Positions 12,231 through 23,779 of a stretch of DNA of 64,000 bases are shown piece by piece. The stretch lies in contig OU015568.1 of NCBI GenBank assembly GCA_907165135.1, forward strand, positions 2,294,001 through 2,358,000, in the 5' to 3' direction. The position numbers and the translations under genes were made by a program. Every line of letters starts with the position of its first letter. The first letter of the stretch is position 1. The DNA comes from Oikopleura dioica. Its lineage: Eukaryota > Animalia > Chordata. The notes under the pieces are model-generated. The model did not search any database, was not told where the DNA came from, and worked only from the letters and a program-made list of their open reading frames with translations.

Positions 12231-13524
12231 TTATTGTTGACAGTATCCAACAGGGACTTCAAGGAAATGAGCATAGTACAGTTCCATTGGGCAGTCTTCT
12301 GGTTCCGTATCAAAGAGCGTTTCCGTCTCAAAAACGCCCCCTGTGAACGTCGTTTTCTCCAGCGAGCAGCAGCCAGAGTACCATGTGAAGCCGGATTGAA
12401 TCGCTGATGTGACGTAGTTGGTTGTGTAGGAAGCTTCGTTGAGTTTTCCGATGTTTTCCCACTTGTTGTCCTTCAATCGGAGAACTATTTGAAAATATTT
12501 TTGAGAAGGATAAGCCTTTGAAAGTATCATACCTGGAGGCCTGCCACCAGCGTAGGTCTTTCCGGCAAGGATATAGACCGCTTCTTGATCCGCAGTCATC
12601 ACTTGACTTCTGATGTATTGATACGGGGCTGTATCGAGATTAGGATTGAGATTTGGCCCGCTTCGCCAGCCATCATCGTTCATAAACTCCGTCTCGCTGT
12701 GGCAAGTATTGAAGATGTCCGCTCCACAGCCGCCAACGGTTACAAGCTCGTTCTTGAAGTTGACCATGTCTGCCCATTCGTGAGGATGCTGAGAGAAAGG
12801 AAGCTCCGTTTGAGCCTGTCCAGGCTGCCAAGTGAAGCAACCTTTGTGCTCCTGTTCATCACTGTTGAAGCACAGAGCGACTGATTCTTTATACTGAGCA
12901 CACGATCCGAAAACACCGTCTGTGTGTGGAATGCTGAGAATTTCATTCTGGACTACGATTTCGCAGTTTTCAATCTTTGCGACTTGGCGCGTCCGATTAT
13001 AACCGCCTAGGAAATAGGTTTCGCCGCGGAAAGTAATCGAGCAAGAATCTTCAAGATCTGAAAAAAGGATGAAAAGAGGAGTCTTAGGATGGAGATTTAC
13101 CGACGAAGTTGTATTGGAAAAATCTAACTTCGGACTGATCGTTGAATTTGTTGATCACAAGCCCTTTATCTTGAAAAGTTTGCTTGTGGTTCAGCACTAG
13201 AATATCTGTATAAGAGCAGAACTCATTCGCAGAGCAGAAATCATCATCGCCGTTGCATCCATCAGGGCAGTTGATTCCACAAGGACAGGAATTGACGCAG
13301 TCCAAGTGTGTTGCCTGACATCGAGTCTCGCAGCTAAGAAATCAAAATAAGAATAAGAAATGTTTAACGCACGTGTAATCGTTTTCGCAATTTTGTTGGC
13401 AATCGAAAAGGGTACCCTCGCATGCAGAAACACAACGCTCTCCCAAGTTAAAATCTTGACATCTCTTATCTTGATTCGGTTTATCAGCAGAGACGGACAG
13501 CAAAGCAACTGAGAAAAGCTTCAT
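12231..13524 (-). CDS. Secreted protein with a Cys-rich N-terminus (CPCGINCPDGC) and a Kelch-like beta-propeller
   Basis: Signal peptide MKLFSVALLSVSA, Cys-rich exons, Kelch-like GG motifs (YFLGG, VTVGG, YILAG), C-terminus FLEVPVGYCQQ*. Confidence 0.75.
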
Positions 13525-13697
13525 TATTGGCGATGATTTCAGCAGTTGGGGGTACGTATATAGTCAAATACTTTTAGAAAGTCAAACATATGAGAATTTC
13601 TCACGGACTTTGGGGGTAACAAAGCACAATCTTCAACTGCAAAAAGAAGTCTTTATTGAATATTGAAAAAGTTGATTCAGTAAGTCATATTTTCAGC

Positions 13698-15446
13698 TCA
13701 AGAGTTTTCTGCGATGGTTTTTGTAATCCAGTCATCATAGTTGACAAATGAATAGATGCCAGGATACTTTTCCCATCCGCATCCCTCTCCCCAAGCAACG
13801 ACGCCGACTTGAGTGGCTACATCATCAATGTTGCAAACGAGTGGTCCACCAGAATCACCCTGGCAGGAATCACTTCCGGGCATCATTAATTCCTCATTCA
13901 ATTGGATAGAATCTTCATAGTCCCAAACATTATTGATTTCTGTTCCATCGGTCCAGCCGTCATAGTCTTCATCTGGGAGACCAGCACAAATATCGTATGT
14001 ATCAATTTTGTACTTATACTTGGAATCAGGATAGTTAGATTTTTCATTGCAGTATTGTTGGGACATGATTGATACTCCGACGCTTTTGAACACCTTTGAT
14101 GATGGACCTCCACTCCCAAAACCTCCAAAACCTCCGACCCAACATGCCATACCGTCTGAAATTAATATTTTAGGCTTCCTATCTTCCTTTTAAACTTACG
14201 CTTGGGATAGTCCTTCGCAAGGCAGATTTCTCGGGTAACTCCGTTGCCTTCTTCATGAATACTCTTGTCGAATTTGATCAAGCAAATGTCAGCCTTTTCT
14301 GGTCCGCTTGTATAGTTCGGATGGTTGAAGAAACTCGATTTTCTTGCGTCAAGCCAAAACTCGCCTTTATTGAATTTTGTTCGGTCAGGGTCATTAAAAG
14401 CAGCCTCAACTCTGTTGACCTGAAGACCAGTTTTTTCATCGACACTTGCACAGCAGTGAGAAGCAGTCAAGACCCAATTTTCCCGAATGATTGAGCCGCC
14501 ACAATGAAATGAACTGTCATCTGGGTAGGAGAAGTGAAGTCGAGCAAACCAGGGCCAACGTGTGTGATCAGCTTGGGTACCGCCAACGATTCGAGCAGAT
14601 GCAGATGACCCGCTGCTGCAAGTTTTCAGTCCTTTTTTTATCTCATGCGTTCTTTCTTCGAACTCATTTGAGAAGGGGCAGTCTGATCGGCTCCTTGTTG
14701 CGTCACAGGGAACTTGCTGTCGAAAGTCCGCTACGTCAGCATCGTTGATCATTTTTCCAAGTTTAGGCGCATTCCAGCCGCAAACAAAATTATTGCTACG
14801 AGGGCAAGTGCAAGTAGCGCCGATCGCATGAAATCCCTCACCGCTTGGATCGTGAACGATGTCGAGACTTTGGTCCTTCGAGGTGTACAAGCACTTCTTC
14901 TTTCCTGACGCGCTGAAATGGCAATTGATGTTGATGCCTTGTCGCGGAGAGGCTAAATCGGGGCAGGTTTCGCAGTGGCCAAGCGTGCGCTTCCAGAAGA
15001 ACTGGCTGAGATTTTTTAATCCGCATATTGTTCTTCGTCATCCGATGGCAACGTAACCTAAATCGTCAATAATTAGACTTGAATCAAATTTCAAACAATC
15101 AAAAAAACGCTAAATTTTCTTACTGCAATTACATTTTTGAAGGTTCAGGTTCGGTTGGGAAAGAGACTCAGGTTGATTATTGATCATTAAAAAACGCGGC
15201 ATTTGCTGAGCAATTTACATCAACAAGGGACGTTCTATTTTATTACCGAAACTGCTTTGCGGAAAGCCATATTACCTTGATTACAGACAAGAGTGCAAGT
15301 CGACCGATTGCAGACGATTTCACCATTTTCAGGAGCGGTCAACGCTGGGCACTTTTCGTAAAAAGCAGCGAAGATACTCGCAAAGAAGCTCACAAATACC
15401 TATAAATTTTAAGCGAATAATATTTTCAAAAAATCTTTACCCTCAT
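13698..15446 (-). pseudogene. CCP/sushi plus trypsin-like serine protease with an in-frame TGA (nonsense allele or pseudogene)
   Basis: MRVFVSFFASIFAA signal; CPALTAPENGEIVC..CTLVCNQGYVAIG*RRTIC with TGA at 15040-15038; RIVGG activation site; intact triad motifs TASHC, DICLIK, GDSGGP. Confidence 0.75.
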
Positions 15447-15588
15447 CTCTGTATCGATATTTTTTGATTCCGCCAACGAAAGCGGTCGAATTTATACAGA
15501 AAAATTGACATTTCGATATTATGATTGAATCGAGATTCAGTAGCTTGGCGCTTCAGAACTAGCTTACAAAGGAAAAAACTGTGAATGC

Positions 15589-15934
15589 TTAAGGACCCCC
15601 CCGTCAGCTTTTTTTGAAAATTCAAATTTCGGACTTTTTAAATTTTGACCCCGGAAATGGATTCTACGGGTCAAAAAACGATTTTGAGGCGTCATTTTTT
15701 GGGGGTCTATCTGGACTCCTTCACCCCCAAAATCGCATTTGAAAATTTGACTTTTCGTCGAAAATTGATGAATTTGCCCTAATTTTGGCAAAAATACTGA
15801 GTTTTCTTGGTCATAACTTCCCCTTATCAGTTTTTCTTAGCAAGTTTAACTTTAGGACGTATTAAGAACAAAAAATATGGGGTTTATCGAAATTTCCATT
15901 TTTCGGAGGAAAAAGCTGACGGGGGGGTCCTTAA
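15589..15934. mobile_element. Kolobok-like MITE (TTAA-GGACCCCCCCGT...ACGGGGGGGTCC-TTAA), same family as 55626-55965
   Basis: TTAA at 15589-15592 and 15931-15934 with TIRs. Internal segments (e.g. TTTGACCCCGGAAATGGATTCTAC) are shared, in reverse orientation, with the 55.6-kb copy. Confidence 0.85.
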
Positions 15935-16292
15935 TGCTTTCGATGACCTTCAACAGTCTCTAAACAAGAATTTCGTTGTATCAAAATTCGAAGTTCAATG
16001 CTTTTTCATACATTAAAACTCACGTTCTTCCCCGTTTTCAAAAGAAAAAGAACAAGCCCGGAGTCCATTAATATTTCATTCGACTTCTTATCATCAAATA
16101 AAATGATATATTATGATTTAGGAAGTAACAGAATTTTTTCGAAATGAATCGCGATTTCAGCAGACGAATCTCACCAAGTCGTAAATATTCGTACCTGGAA
16201 ACGCCTGCGGCCAAGCGCAAGAATGAACACCGCTTTTTATCAGTTTTGACATTTTGAGAAAACAGGAGAAATCAGTACACCGAGATGAAATT

Positions 16293-17608
16293 ATGACAAA
16301 GAGAATGGACAGCCGCTTCAAAGTATTTATTCTTTTGGTGCTGCTTGGAATCATAGAGAAGGATTTTTAATTATTAAAAGCCCGTAAATTAATTATTTTA
16401 TTTTAACCAAGTATTTTTGGTAGTATATCAAAAATAGCAATTATAATATCAGATGCATTTTTAAATCCTGTAAGAAGCGATCTTCAATAATTATTATCCG
16501 CGTAAAAATGCAGTACCAGGGAAGATTAAGCCGAAAGTCAAAATTGGAAGTTACAAAGATGAAGATATTGAAGTTAAAGTTCGCAAAGGTAAGGCCTTTT
16601 CATCACAAGAGAATCAGGACTATCATGAATGAAAAAAAAAACAAACAAAATTCATCAATTTTCTTCAATTATAAGCGTTTAATTAAGGCTACAAGTGGGT
16701 TGATCAGCTTCCAAATTTCTGGCTAAAGGATCGACCATGGCATGTTGGTTTCACCGGAACGTCTTGCCCAAAAACCGACTTTTTGGTTCTCATCGAAACT
16801 GCCCCTAAGAATCTCGCCTACCGTATCGTTCTTCGACAATATTTCAAAGAACTCAAAGAACAGGGGATTAAATTTGAGCACAGATTCATTTTCGGAAGAG
16901 CAAATGATGATATCAACGTTGAATTGAGAAACAACGATGATGTTGTTTTTGGCGAATTTACCGACAGCTATGTAAGAATTCAAAGCTCAATGGACTTTTT
17001 GTTTATCTTTTTGTAGGCAAATCTTCCGCTGAAAACAAAAGTTGCTTACGAATATCTTCAATCTTGCCCCTCGACCCCCAAATTTTTCCTCGTCCACGAC
17101 GATGATACTTGGATAAATCTTCCGCTCATGGCTAAACGAATGAGCGAAAAAGACGGAGACAATCGTATCTTTGGAAGAGTCAGAAAAGGCGAGCCAAGGG
17201 GACCTTGGGCAATTGAAAAAGATCTTGCCACTAATAAAACGATTTGGGCACCGGATTATTGGCCGATGTGGGTTGCCGGGCCATGTACTTTTATGACGGG
17301 CAATACCGGTATCCTGATTGCAGAGACAGCCGAGTAAGTTTTTTTAAATTGATGAATTAGGTTATTTATCTTTCACTTTTTTTATTGATCAATTTTCTAG
17401 CAATACGAACTGGGTAGAGTCCATTCCTCCCGAAGACGTGTTTTTCACCGGAATCGTTCGCCTCAAAGCCGGACTCCCAAATCCATACGAAGTCGAAGAT
17501 TTCAATCCCGAGCCCACTTACTGTATTCACTTCAAAAACGATCTTACTAAATTGAAGAAAAAGACGGGCTACAGCAGTCAAAAGCACATCAAATATGTCC
17601 GGACATGA
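16293..17608 (+). CDS. Beta-1,3-galactosyltransferase family (GT31)
   Basis: TM anchor FKVFILLVLLGII; DFLVLIETAPKNLAYRIVLR; DSYANLPLKT; FLVHDDDTW; YWP.WVAGPC; EDVFFTGI; stop at 17606-17608. The 5' exons are tentative. Confidence 0.8.
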
Positions 17609-17966
17609 TTTGTCATCGGAAAATTAGATTCAAATTCTCGCAAGTGTAATATTTATCTTCTCTGCCAATAAACTACAAGCTAAACGGGAGTAAAGGAACC
17701 TAACTTATGGTAACGAAGATGGTCGGCCTGGAAGATAATTAACTCCAGGACAAGACATACTATCAAGTCTCAAATGAGTTTCCAAGAATCTTTTAATAAA
17801 TGAAAAAAGAGTAGTAGTGTGGCAGATTCCAGGTTCATTACTGTAAGAGGATTTGTCACAATTGTGAATAATATCGCATAAACTGTCATAAAAAAGTTTA
17901 AAATGATGCATCAATGATGTGGCATCATCATCTCTCCGGAATCGAACTCGAAAATCAAAGCTGAAA

Positions 17967-18290
17967 ATGAAATTTTTTTCTCTCATTTTTCTAACAACTT
18001 GTTGCGCCGGCTATATAACCTCCCTTTCTTCATGGATAAATTTGAATTTGGCTGATAAAATCTACATTCTCCATCGATATGGGATCAGATGTGAGCTGGG
18101 TAAAAATGAAAGCGTTTTTCAGGAGGTAAATTTATCCTCATAAAATATTGAAAAATGGGTTCCAGAAGAAAATCCCGGGGAATCAAGAGCTGAAGCACTC
18201 GATAGAATCGCAGAAGAATGCTTTGAATCGCCGCTTTTCCTTGTTTTCAGTAAAAAGTAAAAAAGAAAATCGAAAGTTCATATTTTGATT
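17967..18290 (+). CDS. Putative small secreted peptide or protein
   Basis: ATG 17967 MKFFSLIFLTTCCAG is signal-like, with a GT donor near 18126. The downstream exon is uncertain. Confidence 0.35.
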
Positions 18291-18371
18291 TTATCGTTTT
18301 TATTATAAAAGAGAAGATAAGTTATTCAAATTGTACAGGGTTAAATTTCATCAAAAACCGAAAGGTCTGCT

Positions 18372-18848
18372 TTAGGCTTGTGGGTAGATTCTGTTGAGAT
18401 GGTCCTGGAGAATGGAGTTCCATCTGTTCATTCTGTTGACCTGGTACTGGTAGTTCTTCTGGCCGGAGCAGGCGGCCATGTATCGCTGGGCCCACTTTCG
18501 GTAGCCAGTGGTGATCTGCCTGATGCCGATTCGGGGGTCAGTTCGATCGTAGCGCAGCTCGTCCTCTTCCTCTGGCTCTGGGCCGCCATGTGGCAAGGAA
18601 GGGTCGTAGAAGCCGCATCGCTGCTCGCCGCGGAGGAAGTTCTTCTCCATTCGACCAGCGTTGGTGGCGAATTTGGCGATCCACCTTTCTTGCGAGGCGA
18701 GTCCGGCGAACCATTGGGTCAGGATCTCTTCCGAAAACTGAGTGAGCCGGTTGAGTCGCTGCAGTGGGTGGCGAGGAGGAACCTTGCGGCCCTCTTCTTC
18801 CTGAGCAGCGGCAAGGCCGAAGAAAAAGAGCGAAGTCGAGAATTTCAT
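18372..18848 (-). CDS. Intronless 158-aa secreted protein, copy A
   Basis: Full ORF with a signal peptide and strong codon bias; TATAAAA about 100 bp upstream (minus strand, ~18947-18954). Confidence 0.85.
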   Translation of the reverse strand: MKFSTSLFFFGLAAAQEEEGRKVPPRHPLQRLNRLTQFSEEILTQWFAGLASQERWIAKFATNAGRMEKNFLRGEQRCGFYDPSLPHGGPEPEEEDELRYDRTDPRIGIRQITTGYRKWAQRYMAACSGQKNYQYQVNRMNRWNSILQDHLNRIYPQA

Positions 18849-19212
18849 CGTTTTTCAAAAAGGTGACTCAAGTTTTCTTTCGAAGATGTTTTGTCGAACT
18901 ATTATCTAGTATCGAGTAGTGATGATTTCTTCGCCGAGTTTGCGCGCTTTTATACGCGGCGGAGGTGGCGGTGCTGCGCCAGAATCTGGCACCAAGTACC
19001 AGTAGCGCCTCCACCATCATCGTTTTCAATCATTGTCGTAAAATTGGAGAACCACCGAATTTGATTAAAAGATACAAACGTATATTCTTGATAAATTATC
19101 AATTATGTTCATTCAAAAATTAATTCAATTGAAGTTCATCACAGTCAGGTCTTGCAATGACGCGGTTTTTTTTTTCGGGATTTTCTCAAAAAAGCACACA
19201 ATTGCAGGTCGC

Positions 19213-21050
19213 GCACTTGCAAGCCCTGACTGTACTTTTGACTTCACTTTTATCTTCATTTCTGCTCTTCATTGTTACTCTTATGCAATCTTTGTGGTCC
19301 AGCGTTAGAGTAATTGAACCTCGACGGAATGGTAATGTAGTCCATTAAAGTTGCTTGACCTGCCCAAGAACTCTATTTCTAACGCAGTTTATGCGAAAGG
19401 AACGTTGAAAATATTGAACGCGCGTTGGAACCCTTTTAAGACTCTATTGCTGGTTTTGCAAGATTTGATCATACAAGTCAATTATACAGTGTTTTTTTAT
19501 TTTCTTTCAGTTAAAATAAATAATGAATGGTGGGAAGGGTTTTGGTAGACTATTCTGAATAGTCTATTTGGTTTGAGGGTATGGTACTCGCACAGGGAAA
19601 AGTCTCGAATTCTTTTAATGGAAAGTATTTTTAATTCTGAATGACGATCGAGACATACTAATCGTCGATCTACAAGCTTCATTTTATGCTTTTGTTCTTC
19701 TAGTATTTAGTCTCTTGAGTCAAATTTTATAATTGACAGAGGCCTTGCTTGAGCGACGGCCTGCAGATACAGTCTCTTCATTTTATTTTCATTTTCTTTT
19801 TTAACTACAAGTCCTTACATTTTCAAAAAATTACAGCCGTCACGGATGTTTTTTAAACAAAGAAGGCCTTCGTTAAGACCTATTGTCAGCAGGGCTTTTG
19901 CAAACAAGGCATATTTCAATTCAAATCATCTTATCCAGCATTGGCGATAAAATAATAGTTTGGAATAAGAAAATCTAAATGTTTCGTAAATAAATTTCAA
20001 AAAATTAAACAGACCTCAAAGTACGTCAAAGCAAACTGCCACCATGAATCCGACCGACTAAATCTCGCAAGTTGACGTTTTAAAAATTCGCCTTATTCAC
20101 TAGCTGTGTAAGTAGGAAAGCCACAAGGGCGAACTTATGGAATTTTTAAGCCCTTGGCCGCAATATTCGGCTTACGTTTACCTCGGCAGGGTAATTTTCC
20201 TAGTCCAGAAAACGCGCAGGGATTAGACCTATCCTCCTCGCCCCATCCCGGGAGTATTACCGGAACTTTGCGGAGCCACTGTCTGGCGGTTTTGTCGGCT
20301 TTGCCCGTCGGTTTTGAAGAAAGAACAATCTGTCTTCTGTCAACTCTCAAAATCAGAATAGAAAATAAATTGATTTGAAATGAAGGGTAATCGAAAAGAG
20401 AGCTTTTTAAACATTGACCAAAAATTCAGATTTCTACATTCCTTGGGGTTGGCCGGAAATTTTCCTATTCCTGGGAAGCGTTTCTTTCGTCAGTTTTATC
20501 TCGCTCTTTGCGTCAGCCTTGATTCTCTTCGAATTTCAGGTAAAATCTTCCATCTCTTTTCATCCAATATCAGTTAATAAGCGAAAACCGAAAAGCTAAA
20601 TCAGGTAAGAAAAAGAACTAGAATTTCGAGTTGATCTAATAGCGACACCTGAGTGAGGGTTACAAATTGAGGCTAACAAGACTTAAAGATCATTTTATTA
20701 GGGGACTTTTGAGAGCCTATTTTCCTTGCGTAAAAATTAACTTTTTTTTCCTTTCGTTCAGGTTTCGCGCGTAATCAACTTCTACAAAGTGCTGCTCGGG
20801 CAACTTCCCTATTTTCACGATGAACTTCTAGATGGTGATTTGATATCATTCCGGGTAAGACTAATCCTTCATTTGATTAATAACTCGCCCGTTTACTGTT
20901 CAGACCGCTGAAACTTCAATTTCGACAGCTTCGGGCTTCGAGCAGAACCGCACTACTCCCGAAAAGGGTTAATTTTTATTCTCAGATTTTAATTGAATAA
21001 ATTGATGTCCTTGTTCATTCAAGGTCATCTGACTTCCTTGTCGTATGGTT
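19213..21050 (+). CDS. Possible multi-exon multipass membrane protein (claudin/PMP22-like exons)
   Basis: Hydrophobic exon-like blocks bounded by AG/GT (LTVLLTSLLSSFLLFIVTL; WGWPEIFLFLGSVSFVSFISLFASALILFEF; VSRVINFYK...). A consistent frame could not be assembled. Confidence 0.3.
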
Positions 21051-23779
21051 CATAGTCTACTGGTCATGAATCGTAATTATAGAAGCAGGCAAGCAAGTTA
21101 AAGCAAGCAAGGCTATGCAAGGCTAATTTTCTTCAACATAGTTTTTCATTATATTCTTGACAGTGACTTTTTTGTGGAAATTGAAAATTTCTCAATTTCT
21201 CCTAATCTTCTTTCGCACGTGCGCTAGAAAAACCACGAGGTGGATTCCTCAAATATCACTGTCGAGAAGAAAAACTTCGTATTTTTTACAAGAAATGGAG
21301 AGAACTCAAAAGCCCTTTTTAGAAAAAAGAAGAATCGCCAAGGTCATTCGTTTTTTTGTCCAATGTCATGGCAACTCTAGCTGTTCTGCCAATTCCAGAG
21401 CTTCTTTCCAAGTTTGAAGAGCTACTGTTAAAGATTCGACGTGATGCAAGTAAGAGAGCGATGAAAATATGAAAATAGCAGTTTAAAATTGGCGGACGGA
21501 GCAAACGGTTAACCGTGCGAGCGTGTCCTAGCGGCTACTTTCTAATCGCTTCCACGTTGATAGAGTTGACTCTAAAAAGTAATGATTTGCTCTTTTCAGG
21601 GAACTACTCTCTCTTCGCTTAGGTCAGCAAAAATCATGTTTCTTCGAGTGACTCTTCACTTTTTTTCATAAAAAGGCGCAACTGGGCGTATTCGAATAAG
21701 ATCCGCAATTTCAACTTTTTTTTATCCCTTGATCCCTTTTTTTCTTGCTCTCAAATCGACTAGGCCTTAAACCAAATGTCATTGTTCTAAATTGAATCTG
21801 GATCTGGAGATTCTCAGCCAGAATTTCTTCTTTTTTTTCATCCAAATTGCACCTGGTTGTTTTAGTCTATAAAGGGCTTTTACTGTATTTTGATAAATTC
21901 GGGTTAAAATGAAAGTGCTGCTTTTTGCTAACTTAGCTTAAAAGAAACCACTTTGGGCCGCGACGACTAACCATGATGGAGGTAAGAACTCGCTTTCCTT
22001 TTGATTGTTTTTATGTTATCATATTAAAAAATAGCATTAAATATAATAATTTCTAGCCACTTATCAGCGTCGCGAGAGGTATGGAGCTCAACCCGTTTCA
22101 CCTTTTTGGATAATTCAATTCTTTCTGTAGAAGACATTATGAAGGCGCGAATTTCTGCCACTTCAACAACGGAGAAGTCCATCGACCAGCTGCAGTGAAT
22201 CCAGGAATTCGAGCTTGAGACATTTTTTGGCTGTCTAAAAATTTTAAACTAACAAGAGCGGCGTGGTTTTAAGTCGCTGCCCAGACTTGTTCAGTTTGAC
22301 TGGATTAGGCTCAACTTAATTTTCCTTCCAAGGGTTTTTAGATCGTCTCTTTCTATATGAAATCAGTTAAAAATGAGACCTCCAAGAATACTCTATTCTA
22401 AAATGGGGACCCCTCATTTTATTGATAAATGTATGTTTTTTGACACGTGACTTATTTGAATTTATTATTTTTTCGAAATCTGTTGAAACGAAAAATTATT
22501 TTTCTTTTTCACGTTTTCCGATAAGGTGAGCCGCAGCGAATATTTGCCGCTAGAAGTGTCAAAAACCAGCATAAACACATTCACAGCTCCGAAAAAAGTA
22601 AAATCGTCGACTGGCTATTTTCTGAAGCGCTATCTTCGGCCCCGCGACAACCAATTATTCTAGCTCGTTTTCTGTAAAATCGACAACAATACGGAACTAA
22701 TAAATTATCGCTTCTGTCAGCGGAAACTCTACCTTTCGAGTGGCGAACATTGTCCCGTCCCCTGGAGACAGTGTTCAAATTCACAAACAAGATTCTGTCA
22801 CTCGCAATAGCTAATCACTGGAATCTTTAAAGACTCAGGAAAAAGCGAGAAAGATGCCGGCTGAAATGTCGCAAGGGGAGGTACGAGAGAATCAACATCT
22901 TCTTAGCAGATCTTTACTAGCCAACTATCCACTTAGATAAGCTTCAACCGCATTTACTCGCTTCTAGAGCTAGATTACAAGCATCTTTAGCAACTAGAAG
23001 AGCGGCCGCTTGTTTAGCACCTCCTGAGCCAAGCTTTTTCTGTTAGTCAAAGACAGCCCTAAATTATTATTTGAACATGTAATTTTAAAATCTTCACTTT
23101 TTTTGAAGAATCCTCCTAAGCTTCAAAAGCTTCAAAAATCCGTTTACAAAATTTTAGGAAAATTGCGCTTCCATGAAATTTTATCATCCTATCACGATAC
23201 TTTTCGCATTAAAAGGCACCTCCTTAATTTTAATTTCGATATTGATTCAAGTTGCATGAATATAAATCTCTTTGTTCCTGCAATCAGAGAATTCATTGAT
23301 GATGTTATTGATGATTTGTTCGAATTTAAAATTGATTATATTTTACGTATTATCTGTGAATCGTTTCTTTTTCCGACTTGTGACCTACTGCATCTTCTCC
23401 AAGTCAGTTCCTTTCCAGCCTAATCGCAGACTGTAGCAGATGTCGCTAGCAAATAATCGATTTGCTGGACGCACTAATAATCTGGGAATTAAAGTTCACC
23501 GATAAAATCCACGTAATATCGGATTCAGAGTAAAATTTCCGGCTTCCAACCGCAAGGAGCCAAGATAACGGTCAGGAAAATTTTTGCCACTTTCTCAGAT
23601 TCGCAGGCTCAACCCGGATTTTAGCGAGAAATCGAGTCATTTCTTCTCAAAAAAGTACCAATTACAAAGCATTTTTAAGACTTGGTGCGCTGTCGAATGC
23701 CACCCTGCTTCAACCTTCGAGCGGAAACAAAGGCACCGGTTATTCAAAAATTGCATCTTTTTTAAGCTTAAAAATCTTG

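Noticed and set aside
18378-18866. 162-aa ORF antisense to the 158-aa gene (and its counterpart near 28972)
   Set aside because: Antisense open frame due to codon bias; the counterpart at the second copy is shorter (92 aa).
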